A stretch of 64,000 nucleotides of DNA, taken from the IMG/VR virus record IMGVR_UViG_3300046747_000190, one strand, 5' to 3'. The translations under genes and the position numbers were made by a program. Every line of letters starts with the position of its first letter. Positions within the stretch are counted from its first letter, which is position 1. The notes under the pieces are model-generated. The model ran no database searches, was not told the DNA's origin, and saw nothing but the letters and a program-made list of their open reading frames with translations. Below, in pieces: positions 1-9,198 of the stretch. Source of the DNA: an uncultured virus (IMG/VR IMGVR_UViG_3300046747_000190). Lineage: Duplodnaviria > Heunggongvirae > Uroviricota > Caudoviricetes.

Positions 1-50
1 CAGACGCCGCCGCCGGGCTCTCGGGAGAGGCATTGGCGATAGGAGGCCGC

Positions 51-160
51 AGGAGACCGTTTGGGGCCGTCTGCGACCGTTCCGGGCCCTTCGCGACCAT
101 TCGAAGCAGCCGCGCGCCGTTTGGGACCGTTTGAGACCGCGCGCGACCGTTTCTGGCCCC
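51..160 (+). repeat. Degenerate 10-bp tandem array (11 units, consensus about TTGGGACCGT)
   Basis: AGGAGACCGT TTGGGGCCGT CTGCGACCGT TCCGGGCCCT TCGCGACCAT TCGAAGCAGC CGCGCGCCGT TTGGGACCGT TTGAGACCGC GCGCGACCGT TTCTGGCCCC in exact 10-bp phase. Confidence 0.8.
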
Positions 161-174
161 ACCCCGCTCGCCAA

Positions 175-180
175 TAGAAT
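175..180 (+). promoter_or_regulatory. Putative -10 box (TAGAAT) of late promoter
   Basis: Near-consensus -10 hexamer in GC-rich DNA, just downstream of the 10-bp array and upstream of the structural operon; no clear -35. Confidence 0.4.
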
Positions 181-219
181 AGGGGCACGCGGCTCTCGCG
201 CGGTTCCCCGAAGCCTCCG

Positions 220-411
220 ATGTGGTCCCCGCCGCCAGACGCCCCTACATTGCGGGTGCAGATCCTGGAAGAGTTCAGGGCCTGCCGAAAAGCCTCGGGC
301 TGCGTCGGACGCGTGCCAGAATTCCTCGCCGCGAACGACGTCGAAAAAGAGGAAGCGCCGCCCCGGCGAAAGCCCTCGTCGACCCGCCTCCGGAGGATCG
401 TCACATGCTGA
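220..411 (+). CDS. Hypothetical protein (63 aa)
   Basis: ATG-start ORF whose end overlaps the start of the next gene. Confidence 0.4.
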   Translation: MWSPPPDAPTLRVQILEEFRACRKASGCVGRVPEFLAANDVEKEEAPPRRKPSSTRLRRIVTC

Positions 412-1115
412 CCATCACGTTCCGAGGCCTCGACAAGCTCGCCGCCGACCTCGAGAAGGCGAAGAAGACGGCCTTCCCGTACGCCATGCGGGACGCGGTG
501 AACGGCGCGGCCTTCGAGGCTCGGCGCATCTGGGGGGAAGAGATCAGGCGAACGTTCACGACCCGCAACACCTTCACCGCCGGCCGAGCCCTCCAGGTCG
601 AGAAGGCCAAAGGGGGAGGAAGAGCGGGGGACATACAGGCGATGGTCGGCTCTACGGCAGCCTTCATGGCCGAGCAGGAGACCGGTGGGACGCTGCAGGG
701 TAAGGGCGCGCACCTGCCCATCCCCGGGCCAGTAGCCGCAGGGCAGGCCGCGGGGGGCAGGAGGACGCGCCTCGTACGTGCAGGCAATCGCCTCAAGGTC
801 ATCCGAGCAGCCAACGTGCGGGCAGCCAAGACCAGGCGCCAGCGCAACGCTGCAGCCATGGCGATGGCCAGGAGGACGGGCAAGCGCTTCGCTGTACTCG
901 AGCGCCCCAAGGGTGGGGTCGGCCTGTTCGCTATCAGCGGAGGCAAGCGCAAGGTCAAGGCGAGGCTCGTCTGGGATCTCTCGCGTAAGAGCGCACGATT
1001 GCCTCCGCATCCAACGCTCGGCCCAACGCTTCAACGAATGCAGTCAAGGATGCTGCCTCTCTACGAAGCAGCTCTCTTGAAGCAACTGCAACGGCATCGC
1101 GTGTTCGGTTATTAG
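405..1115 (+). CDS. Basic virion morphogenesis protein (gpZ / HK97 gp10-like tail completion)
   Basis: ATG at 405 after GGAGG; MLTITFRGLDKLAADL N-terminus, Arg/Lys-rich; adjacent to packaging genes. Confidence 0.6.
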   Translation: MLTITFRGLDKLAADLEKAKKTAFPYAMRDAVNGAAFEARRIWGEEIRRTFTTRNTFTAGRALQVEKAKGGGRAGDIQAMVGSTAAFMAEQETGGTLQGKGAHLPIPGPVAAGQAAGGRRTRLVRAGNRLKVIRAANVRAAKTRRQRNAAAMAMARRTGKRFAVLERPKGGVGLFAISGGKRKVKARLVWDLSRKSARLPPHPTLGPTLQRMQSRMLPLYEAALLKQLQRHRVFGY

Positions 1116-1247
1116 AAGCGACGCTAAGTCAGCGCATTGATTGAGGCTTGTCGATGGCATTCGAGGAAGCCTCGTGATTCATGCTTGATATGCGAATCGA
1201 GCCAAAAACAAGGCATTTAAAACAGCTTGTTTTCAGCTAGATTTCGC

Positions 1248-1300
1248 GGGTCCTGTGGAATACCCCTACCTACGCCGCGGTTTGCGAGCACGACCGGCGG
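1248..1300 (+). other. Putative cos packaging site (cosQ-like GGGTCCT followed by a cosN candidate)
   Basis: GGGTCCT at 1248-1254 matches lambda cosQ; lies in the AT-richer gap directly upstream of TerS and a GpA-type TerL. Confidence 0.6.
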
Positions 1301-1337
1301 GGGGGAAAGGAATCGATCCGGTCAACCACCGTCAACC

Positions 1338-2018
1338 ATGTCCCGTCTTGAGTCTAAAGCTGAGCTCGCGAGGTTGGCAGGCGTTTCCAAGCAGGCGGTA
1401 ACGAAGGCTTGCAGGAAGAAGCTCGCTGCCGCGTGCCGGGCCGACCGAATCGATCTCGACCATCCAGCGGTCCGGAAGTTCATCAGCGGAGGGAGCCGCC
1501 AACGAGCGGTCTCCGACCGGGCTCGGACGGCCGCAACCGAAAGGCGCGATCCAGCTCCTGCCGTTCCGACGCCTCAGCCCAAGCCGGTCAAGAAGAGTCC
1601 AGCGCGACCGACGGCGTCACGACTCAAAGAGGGCGAAATCGGGTCGACTGCTGACCTCGACGCCTACGCGGCGCTGCTCAAGCCGCTCACCGATCGCTTC
1701 GGGACCGTCCGCAACTTCCGGGACTGGCTGCTTGCGCTGAAGGACATCGAGGTCGTCCGCCAAAAGCGGCTCTCGAACGAAGAGACGGAAGGCCGGCTCA
1801 TCTCCAGGGACCTCGTGCAGACGCATGTCCTCGGCACATTCGAAGCCGCGTTCCGCCGGCTGTTGAACGACGTGCCCAAGACAGGCGCGCGCCGGGTCTA
1901 TTCGGCGGCGAGAGCTGGCGACTCGGTCGAGGAAGGCGAGCGGATCTTGCTCGAGGTCATGAGCTCGCACCTATCCCCGTTGAAGACGGCGGCGGCGCGG
2001 CTGCTGCGAGAGGAATAG
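1338..2018 (+). CDS. terS: Terminase small subunit (Nu1-like)
   Basis: N-terminal HTH SKAELARLAGVSKQAVTKA; C-terminal EGRLISRDLV coiled region; abuts TerL. Confidence 0.85.
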   Translation: MSRLESKAELARLAGVSKQAVTKACRKKLAAACRADRIDLDHPAVRKFISGGSRQRAVSDRARTAATERRDPAPAVPTPQPKPVKKSPARPTASRLKEGEIGSTADLDAYAALLKPLTDRFGTVRNFRDWLLALKDIEVVRQKRLSNEETEGRLISRDLVQTHVLGTFEAAFRRLLNDVPKTGARRVYSAARAGDSVEEGERILLEVMSSHLSPLKTAAARLLREE

Positions 2019-4037
2019 ATGGGCACGCGCTCTGCACGCGCCATCAGGCACGCGGTCGAAGCGCCCGCCGGTTTCGATCGGGACCAGCGCGAGTGGCTCG
2101 CGACCCAGTTCGAGAATCTGACGACCGAGCTCGCTGGGCTCTCGCCGAGCCGATGGGCGGAGACGAAACGCTACCTACCGCCGCAGGCGACGAGCCTGCC
2201 CGGCTACTACCGCTTCGAGGTCACGCCGTACCTGCGGGAAATCCTCGACTGCATGAGCGTCTTCTCGCCGATCCGCGAGGTGACGGTGATGAAGGGCGTT
2301 CAGCTCGGCGTCACCGTCGGCGTCCTCGAGAATTGCCTCGGGTACTTCATCGAGGAAGTGGCGACGGCGCCGATGATGCTGCTGACGGCGGACGCCGAGC
2401 TCGCGAAGCTCCGCATGGAAGTGTCGATCATTCCGATGCTCCGAATGTCGGGGCTCGATCGGCTGATCAGACCGTCGGACGAGAAGAGCACGAGGAAGAC
2501 TGGGCAGACCGATCAGAAGCTCGAGTGGCTCGGCGGCGGGTTCGCCGTCATCGGCGGAGCGAAGAACGCCGATAAGCTCCGATCTCTCCCAGTTCAGATC
2601 CTCCTACGGGACGAGATCGACACGTGGCTGGACGTCGTCGGAAAGGATGGCGACCCGCTCAAACTTTCCGCGGATCGCACGGCCGCCTACGAGGGCAGCC
2701 GCAAGATCCTCGACGTCTCGACGCCGCTCCTGAAGGGGCAGTCGAAGATTTCACAGCGCTTCGAGCGCGGCGACCAGCGCAGGTATTTCGTCTGCTGCCT
2801 TCATTGCGGTTTCGCTCAAACGCTTCGCTGGCGCCGAACGAAGGGCGAGACCGGCGAGGTGAGCGGCATCGTCTGGGAGACGCAGCGCGGTCGGCTCGTG
2901 CCGGATTCGGTGCGCTATCTCTGTGAGAATTGCGGGCACGAGCACTTCAACGACGACAAGACGCGGCTCCTATCGCCAGACCATGGAGCGGAGTGGCGAC
3001 CGACCTCCGAGCCGATGAGCCCGGAGCATCGGAGCTACCACATCAACGCGCTTTACTCCCCGGTCGGGATGCAGACTTGGGGCGCCTGCGTGCACAAATG
3101 GCTCGAGGCGTGGGACGTCGACCGCAACCGGGCGCGCGACCTCGGGGAACTACAAGTTTTCTACAACAACGTTCTCGGCGAGCCGTTCGAGCTCCGGGGG
3201 GAGAAGGTCCGCTTCGAGACGGTCTCCGAGCATCGACGGGACTACGCGGCGGGGGAGATCCCGAACCGATGGGCGAGCGAATGGTGCGGCAGCCCCGTGC
3301 TGCTCCTCACCTGCTCGGTCGACGTGCACAAGGACGGGCTCGCGGTCGCCGTGTTCGGCTGGTGCCGCGGGCGGCGCGCGCTCCTGATCGACTATTGGCG
3401 TTTCGAGGGCGAGACCGAGCGGCTCGACGACACGGCGACGTGGGGGCGGCTCGCGAAACTGCTCGAGCAAGACTACGTCGCGGACGACGGCAAGGGCTAT
3501 CGGATCACGCTGACGCTGATCGATTCGGGCTATCGGACGGACGACGTCTACCAGTTCACGAGCGCCTACGAGTCAGGCGTCTACCCTGTGAAGGGCCGGG
3601 ACGCGCCCGTGAAGGCTGCGACGTTTCGGGAATTCTCAGAATTCACCACGCCCATGGGGCGGACGGCGTACGCCATCACGGTCGACGTCTACAAGGACCG
3701 ATGGGCGGCCGCGCTTCGGCGCAGCTGGGACGGCCAGGGGCTCCAACCGCAGGGACATTTCAACGCGCCGCGCACGGCCACCGACAAGCAGCTTCGAGAG
3801 CTGACTGTCGAGACGAAGCGCGAGCGCATCGAGAAGATCACCGGCAAGCGGATCGGTTTTGAATGGCACCGCCCTTCCGGAGCGCCGAACGAGCTTTGGG
3901 ATCTCCTCATCTATGCGAACGCCGCGCTCGACCTGATCGCCTGGAACGTCTGCGTCGGGCAGCTCGGCATGGAGTCGGTCGTGTGGTCGGAGTTCTACGA
4001 CATGATCGAGCAGCAGCGCACCTACTTCGTCGAGTGA
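2019..4037 (+). CDS. terL: Terminase large subunit, lambda GpA family
   Basis: TPYLREI, MKGVQLGVT (Walker A variant), LRSLPVQILLRDEID (Walker B), STP, GDQRRYFVCCLHCG, CENCG, VDVH, IDSG, NELWD. Confidence 0.96.
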   Translation: MGTRSARAIRHAVEAPAGFDRDQREWLATQFENLTTELAGLSPSRWAETKRYLPPQATSLPGYYRFEVTPYLREILDCMSVFSPIREVTVMKGVQLGVTVGVLENCLGYFIEEVATAPMMLLTADAELAKLRMEVSIIPMLRMSGLDRLIRPSDEKSTRKTGQTDQKLEWLGGGFAVIGGAKNADKLRSLPVQILLRDEIDTWLDVVGKDGDPLKLSADRTAAYEGSRKILDVSTPLLKGQSKISQRFERGDQRRYFVCCLHCGFAQTLRWRRTKGETGEVSGIVWETQRGRLVPDSVRYLCENCGHEHFNDDKTRLLSPDHGAEWRPTSEPMSPEHRSYHINALYSPVGMQTWGACVHKWLEAWDVDRNRARDLGELQVFYNNVLGEPFELRGEKVRFETVSEHRRDYAAGEIPNRWASEWCGSPVLLLTCSVDVHKDGLAVAVFGWCRGRRALLIDYWRFEGETERLDDTATWGRLAKLLEQDYVADDGKGYRITLTLIDSGYRTDDVYQFTSAYESGVYPVKGRDAPVKAATFREFSEFTTPMGRTAYAITVDVYKDRWAAALRRSWDGQGLQPQGHFNAPRTATDKQLRELTVETKRERIEKITGKRIGFEWHRPSGAPNELWDLLIYANAALDLIAWNVCVGQLGMESVVWSEFYDMIEQQRTYFVE

Positions 4038-4038
4038 A

Positions 4039-4299
4039 ATGGCCGACATCATCCCGCCAACGTTCTGGGCCGACCGCGTCGCCGTCGCGATGACGATGCT
4101 GGCCGCCTATGACGCGGCGATTCTCGCGCTCATCGGTGGAGCGCAGTCCTATCAGCTCGACACGGGCCAGACCCGCACGCTGGTCTCGAAGGTGAACCTC
4201 GCGTCGCTCCGCATCGCGCGCGATGGTCTCCTGAACGAGATCTCGACGCTCGAGGCTCGAGCCCGCGGAGCAAGCACGCGCATCGTGCCGAACTTCTGA
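4039..4299 (+). CDS. Head-tail joining protein (gpW-like)
   Basis: 86 aa between TerL and portal; GAQSYQLDTGQTR..V...NL..L pattern. Confidence 0.7.
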   Translation: MADIIPPTFWADRVAVAMTMLAAYDAAILALIGGAQSYQLDTGQTRTLVSKVNLASLRIARDGLLNEISTLEARARGASTRIVPNF

Positions 4300-4300
4300 T

Positions 4301-5926
4301 ATGTGGCCGTTCAAGCAACCCCATCTGCGCACGTACTCGGTGCCGTTGCGCGCCGCCGAGAACGTCGCGAATCTGCCTCCATGGCGATTCAGCTATCAGA
4401 CGGGCGACAAGTGGGACGGCGGCTTCGGTGCCACCGAGTTCCTGCTCGCGGACTATTGGACGCTCAGGGCTCGGTCCGTCCAGCTGTACGAGACGAACCT
4501 TTACGCGCGCGGCCTCATCCGCCGGCTCGTGACGAACGAGATCAACACGGGCCTCCACCTCGAGGCCTGCCCGATCGAAAGCATCCTCGGGCTCAAGGAA
4601 GATTCCCTCGGCGACTGGACGGAGGAAGTCGAGAATCGGTTCTCCATCTGGGAATCGGAGGCGACGATCTGCGACGTGCAGGAGCGCTGCTCGTTCGGCG
4701 CCTTGCAGGCCGCTGCTCGGGCGGAGGCGCTCGTCTCCGGGGACGTGCTGGTCGTCCTCCAGCAGGATCAACGGACCGGGTTGCCGCGCGTGCGTCTCGT
4801 GTCGGGCGCGGCGGTCCGAACGCCGATCGAGTACCTGCCGGGTCCGGGCAATAAGATCGAGCAGGGCGTGGAGATCGACGCCCTTGGCAGGCATGTCGCG
4901 TTCTGGATCGCGCAGCGCTCCCAGAACGGCCTCGGCTCCATGGAGTCGAAGCGGCTGCCCGCCTATGGCGAGAAATCGGGACGGCGGCTGGCGTGGCTGG
5001 TCTACGGCACGGACCGGAAGCTCGACGACGTCCGAGGCAAGCCGCTTCTAGCGCTCGTCCTCCAATCGCTCCGGGAGATCGACCGGTACCGAGACGCGAC
5101 GCAGCGCAAGGCCGTCATCCTCTCCATGCTGGCCTTGTTCATCAAGAAGGGCGTGGACAAGCCGGGGACGCGGCCGATCGCGGGAGGCGCGGTCCGCCGC
5201 GGGCTCGAGTCGACGGTGGCGGGCGACAACAAGATCCGGAAGTTCGACGTCGCCGAGCATATGCCCGGATGGTCGATCGACGAGCTCCAGACGGGCGAGG
5301 AGCCGCAAGCGTTCAGCGTGCAGGGGACCACTGAGACATTCGGCGCGTTCGAGGAAGCCCTCCTTCAGTCCATTGCGTGGACGCACGAGATCCCGCCCGA
5401 GGTGCTGATGCAGTCGTTCAACGCGAACTACAGCGCCAGCAAGGCGGCCCTCAGCGAATTCCAGATGTACCTCACGAAGGCCCGCACGGCTTTCGGTGAG
5501 CAGTTCTGTCAGCCCATCTACGAGGAGTGGCTGGTGGCCGAGGTGCTTGCTGGCCGCGTCCAAGCGGATGGCCTGCTCGATGCGTGGAGGGACGCCCGGC
5601 AGTTCGACATCTTCGGCGCATGGAAAGCGGCGGACTGGTCGGGCAACATCAAGCCCGCGCTCGATCTGCCGAAGATGGTCGGCGGATACGTGGCGATGGC
5701 CGAGGCCGGAGCGATCACCCGGGATCGCATGGCCCGGGAGCTGACCGGGACGAAGTTCTCGCAGAACGTAAAGCGGCTGCTCCGGGAAAACGAAGAGCTC
5801 GCGCGCGCCATGGCGCCGATCGCGGCGCTCATCGCCTTGGAAAAGGGGCAGCCCAAGCCGAGCGCGAGCGACGAGTTAGACGATCAAGTCCAGCCCTTGG
5901 CGCGCCCGCGCCTGCTGGTCGGCTGA
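4301..5926 (+). CDS. Portal protein, lambda family
   Basis: LRARSVQLYETNLYARG, GVEIDALGRHVAFWI, VRGKP, NYSASKAAL, FCQPIYEEWL. Confidence 0.95.
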   Translation: MWPFKQPHLRTYSVPLRAAENVANLPPWRFSYQTGDKWDGGFGATEFLLADYWTLRARSVQLYETNLYARGLIRRLVTNEINTGLHLEACPIESILGLKEDSLGDWTEEVENRFSIWESEATICDVQERCSFGALQAAARAEALVSGDVLVVLQQDQRTGLPRVRLVSGAAVRTPIEYLPGPGNKIEQGVEIDALGRHVAFWIAQRSQNGLGSMESKRLPAYGEKSGRRLAWLVYGTDRKLDDVRGKPLLALVLQSLREIDRYRDATQRKAVILSMLALFIKKGVDKPGTRPIAGGAVRRGLESTVAGDNKIRKFDVAEHMPGWSIDELQTGEEPQAFSVQGTTETFGAFEEALLQSIAWTHEIPPEVLMQSFNANYSASKAALSEFQMYLTKARTAFGEQFCQPIYEEWLVAEVLAGRVQADGLLDAWRDARQFDIFGAWKAADWSGNIKPALDLPKMVGGYVAMAEAGAITRDRMARELTGTKFSQNVKRLLRENEELARAMAPIAALIALEKGQPKPSASDELDDQVQPLARPRLLVG

Positions 5927-5938
5927 AACGGAGACGAC

Positions 5939-7450
5939 ATGGACGCAATGGCATTCACGGTGCGTGGCGAGGGCACGGAAGCGCTCGACATCGACATCTA
6001 CGACGTGATCGCGGATTCATGGATGGGCGGAGTCAGCGCGCGATCGGTGCGTCAGGCGATCAAGAACAGCCAGGCGAAGACGATCAACGTACGGATCAAC
6101 TCCAAAGGCGGGGACGTCTTCGAGGGCTTCGACATCTACAATCAGCTTTCGCAGAGCACCGCGCAGGTCGAAGTATTCGTCGGCTCACTCGCTGCGTCCT
6201 CGGCGAGCTTCATCGCGATGGCCGGAGATCGCGTGACGATGGCGGAAAACGCCTACCTGATGATCCACGATCCAGCCGGCGGCCTCATTGGTAGCGCTCA
6301 GGAACTCCGTGATTGGGCGGACGTGCTCGACAAGATCCGGGACCAGATTGCCGGCACGTACGCGGCTCGCGGGACGATCGACAAATCGAAGGCGCTTGAG
6401 CTGATGGCAGCCGAGACGTGGCTGACGGCGAAAGACGCCAAGGGCTATGGGCTTGCCGACGACATCCTTCCGCTGAAGAAGGGCGGGGCGAAGGCTTCGG
6501 CTCGGGCGTTCGCATCCCTCTCATTCCGGAAGGACGAGAAACTGCCGGACGGCCTGGAGCAAACGATCGCGACGGCACGAAAGAGCATCACCGTCGCGAA
6601 CCTGAGCACGTCGCCTCCGTTGCCATCGGTCGAGGAAGTCGCACCGGTGGCGCTCGCACGCGTCGAGAACGACGAGCCAGCCGCAGAAGACGGCGCCGTG
6701 CCGTACAAGTCCTACAAGCTCGACAAGGCTGGTGGATGGGACGGAGCGGCAGCGGAAAGCCGAGTCCGTAAGTGGGCGTCAAGCGATGGCAGCGGCGATG
6801 CCGCGAAGATGGACTGGGCGAAATATCGTTCAGCCTTCGGCTGGTACGACGCGAAGGATGCCGAGACGTTCGGCGCCTATAAGCTGCCGCATCACGACGT
6901 GCAGGGCGGCGCACTCGTCACGGTCCGCGCGGGCGTGATCGCGGCGGGGAACGCCCTCTCCGGGGGCCGTGGCGGGACGAGCATTCCCGATGCGGACGTC
7001 GCCTCGGTGAAGAGTCACTTGGCCAAACACTATGGGGAGTTCGACATGAAGGCTCCCTGGGAATCGAAAAACCTAAGGAAAACCCCCATGACCGAAGAAG
7101 AATTGAAACTGCAGCACCCGGAACTACACGCGGCGATCATCAAGAAAGGCTGCGCCGAGGAGCGCGACCGAGTGACGGCGCACCTCACGCTAGGCGAGCA
7201 GTCGGGCGACATGAAGACGGCGCTCGCTGCAATCGCGTCGGGCGACGGCATGACCCAGACGCTCGCAGCCAAATACATGGCCGCCGGCATGAACCGCCAG
7301 GCCACGGCGACACGCCAATCGGAGTCGGACGCGGCGGCGGCGGTGATCGCCAAAGCGGCGGAGACGGCGACCGTTGAGCCCGTCGTCGAAGATCTGGGCG
7401 ACAAGGTTGTCGCCATCATGGAGAAGCAGCGCGGCAAGAAGGTCGCGTGA
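5939..7450 (+). CDS. ClpP-type head maturation protease with inserted domain and C-terminal scaffold
   Basis: INSKGGDVFEG, AASSASFIAMAGD (catalytic Ser), LMIHDP, AETWLTAKDAKGYGLAD. Confidence 0.93.
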   Translation: MDAMAFTVRGEGTEALDIDIYDVIADSWMGGVSARSVRQAIKNSQAKTINVRINSKGGDVFEGFDIYNQLSQSTAQVEVFVGSLAASSASFIAMAGDRVTMAENAYLMIHDPAGGLIGSAQELRDWADVLDKIRDQIAGTYAARGTIDKSKALELMAAETWLTAKDAKGYGLADDILPLKKGGAKASARAFASLSFRKDEKLPDGLEQTIATARKSITVANLSTSPPLPSVEEVAPVALARVENDEPAAEDGAVPYKSYKLDKAGGWDGAAAESRVRKWASSDGSGDAAKMDWAKYRSAFGWYDAKDAETFGAYKLPHHDVQGGALVTVRAGVIAAGNALSGGRGGTSIPDADVASVKSHLAKHYGEFDMKAPWESKNLRKTPMTEEELKLQHPELHAAIIKKGCAEERDRVTAHLTLGEQSGDMKTALAAIASGDGMTQTLAAKYMAAGMNRQATATRQSESDAAAAVIAKAAETATVEPVVEDLGDKVVAIMEKQRGKKVA

Positions 7451-7453
7451 GCG

Positions 7454-7504
7454 GGAAGGCGTAGCCGGGCGGGCCCCATGCGGGGGCTCGCTGGCCTCGC
7501 TTCC
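7454..7504 (+). promoter_or_regulatory. Long GC-rich RNA hairpin upstream of the decoration gene
   Basis: GGAAG..CTTCC, GCC..GGC and GCGGGCCCC..GGGGCTCGC pairings. Confidence 0.55.
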
Positions 7505-7539
7505 AACAACCTTCAGAGTCGGCAGGAAAGACAGCAGCC

Positions 7540-7962
7540 ATGTCACAAGAAAACATGAAAGAGACGATCGTCGACCTCGGCAGCGTGATGCTCGAGGACG
7601 GCGAATTCGCAGACGACACGTTCACCGCTGCGAGCGCGAAGACCTTCAAGGAAGGCACGATCCTGGCGCGCGACAGCAGCACGCACAAGCTCGTCGTCTT
7701 CGCCAAAGGCGGCAGCACGAACGAGAACGGCATCCCTAAGGTCGTACTCACGTACGATCTCACGGCAACGGCCGCCGGGGATCTTCCGGTCCGCGTGCTC
7801 ATCGCCGGAGACGTGAAGCGGGAACGCCTCGTCATCGACGCCGACGGCGATGATGCCAACGTCGATGCGACGGTGTGCGATCAGCTCCGCGCCTACAGCA
7901 TCGTTCCGGTGAGCGTCAAGCAGCTCGCCAAGCTCGACAACATCCCGGCCGAGGACTCCTGA
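7540..7962 (+). CDS. Head decoration protein (gpD-like)
   Basis: 140 aa just before the capsid gene; GTILARDS...P..VL..D pattern. Confidence 0.8.
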   Translation: MSQENMKETIVDLGSVMLEDGEFADDTFTAASAKTFKEGTILARDSSTHKLVVFAKGGSTNENGIPKVVLTYDLTATAAGDLPVRVLIAGDVKRERLVIDADGDDANVDATVCDQLRAYSIVPVSVKQLAKLDNIPAEDS

Positions 7963-7969
7963 ACCACTC

Positions 7970-8085
7970 GCGTCGCTGACCCAAACCGAGCGACGCATTT
8001 AACCCGGGCCCTCTTCGAGAGGGGGCTCACCATTTTTTCCTGCGCGCGCACCGCGTCGGCGGGAGCGCGGAGGCTCGTCCTCCGC
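7970..8085 (+). promoter_or_regulatory. Structured leader of the capsid gene (three hairpins, one terminator-like)
   Basis: GCGTCGCT/AGCGACGC; CCCTCT-TCG-AGAGGG followed by CATTTTTT; GCGGAGG/CCTCCGC. Confidence 0.55.
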
Positions 8086-8103
8086 ATTTGAAAGAGAAAG
8101 CAC

Positions 8104-9198
8104 ATGTCAGACAAATCCAATGCCCGCATGCTCGAGATGTATCTCGAGGAAGCCGAATCGGTCGCGATGTTCCTCACGGGCTTCTTCCGGAGCCCTCCGC
8201 AAAACTTCCACACGACCGAGAAGGTGGAGATCGACATCCGCCGCAACACCCAGAAGGTTGCCGTGGTGGTGAAGGATCTCTCGACCGGCGCTCGCATGAA
8301 CGAGAGCTCGAAGTTCGTAAACAAGGCGTTCACGCCCCCGATCTTCAAGGAGCAGGGAGCGATCAACGCCTTCGACATGATCAAGCGTGCTCCCGGCGAG
8401 ACGCCCTTCACCGATCCGAACTTCGCGGTGAATGCCTCGCGCGAAGCGTTCGTGATCTTCCGCTCGTTCGAGGACAAGATCCGTCGCTCGATCGAACTGA
8501 TGTCCTCGCAGGTCCTTCAGCATGGCACCGTCACGCTGACCGACGAAACCGGGCTCGCGCTCTACGAGCTCGACTTCGGTGCGAAGACCTCGCACATGGC
8601 GACCGTCACGACGCCATGGGTGGTGGACGGAACGACTGGCAACCCGCTGGCGGATCTGGCTGCCTTGGCGGAGATCGTTCGCCGAGACGGCAAGCGGAAC
8701 CCGACGCGGCTCGTGTTCGGCACGAGTGCCTTCCAGCGCTTCATCGCGAACACGCAGGTTGCCAAGATCCTGTTCACGAACTTCCACTCCCCAGGAATGG
8801 GCCAGCTTGCGCCACAGTCGCCCCCGAAGGGGCTGGGCGGCTCGCTGCAAGGACGGATCTTCATCGGCGCCTACGAGTTCGAGCTCTGGACGTACAACGA
8901 CTGGTTCGAGCATCCGGTCACGGGCGTCCTGACCAACTACGTGGACACGAACAACGTGATCATGCTGTCGGACGGTCGCCTCGACCTGACGTACGGCGCG
9001 ATCCCGCGGATCGTGGCGCCAGAGCAGCGCGCCATGCCGTTCCTGCCGCCCCGCATGTCCGCTCCAGACCAGGGCCTGGACCTCACGGTGAACGCGTGGG
9101 TTACGTCGGACGGCGAGTCGCTCATGGTCTCCGCCGGGACGCGCCCGTTGACGATCCCCACGGCGATCGACACGTACGCGCGCCTGACGGTTGCCTGA
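8104..9198 (+). CDS. Major capsid protein, lambda gpE family
   Basis: FLTGFF, TEKVEIDI, IRRSIELMSSQVL..G, GNPLADL, TYGAI; size and synteny. Confidence 0.93.
   Translation: MSDKSNARMLEMYLEEAESVAMFLTGFFRSPPQNFHTTEKVEIDIRRNTQKVAVVVKDLSTGARMNESSKFVNKAFTPPIFKEQGAINAFDMIKRAPGETPFTDPNFAVNASREAFVIFRSFEDKIRRSIELMSSQVLQHGTVTLTDETGLALYELDFGAKTSHMATVTTPWVVDGTTGNPLADLAALAEIVRRDGKRNPTRLVFGTSAFQRFIANTQVAKILFTNFHSPGMGQLAPQSPPKGLGGSLQGRIFIGAYEFELWTYNDWFEHPVTGVLTNYVDTNNVIMLSDGRLDLTYGAIPRIVAPEQRAMPFLPPRMSAPDQGLDLTVNAWVTSDGESLMVSAGTRPLTIPTAIDTYARLTVA

Noticed and set aside
51..160. CRISPR array
   Set aside because: Units are 10 bp, contiguous and degenerate with no unique spacers; no cas genes in the window
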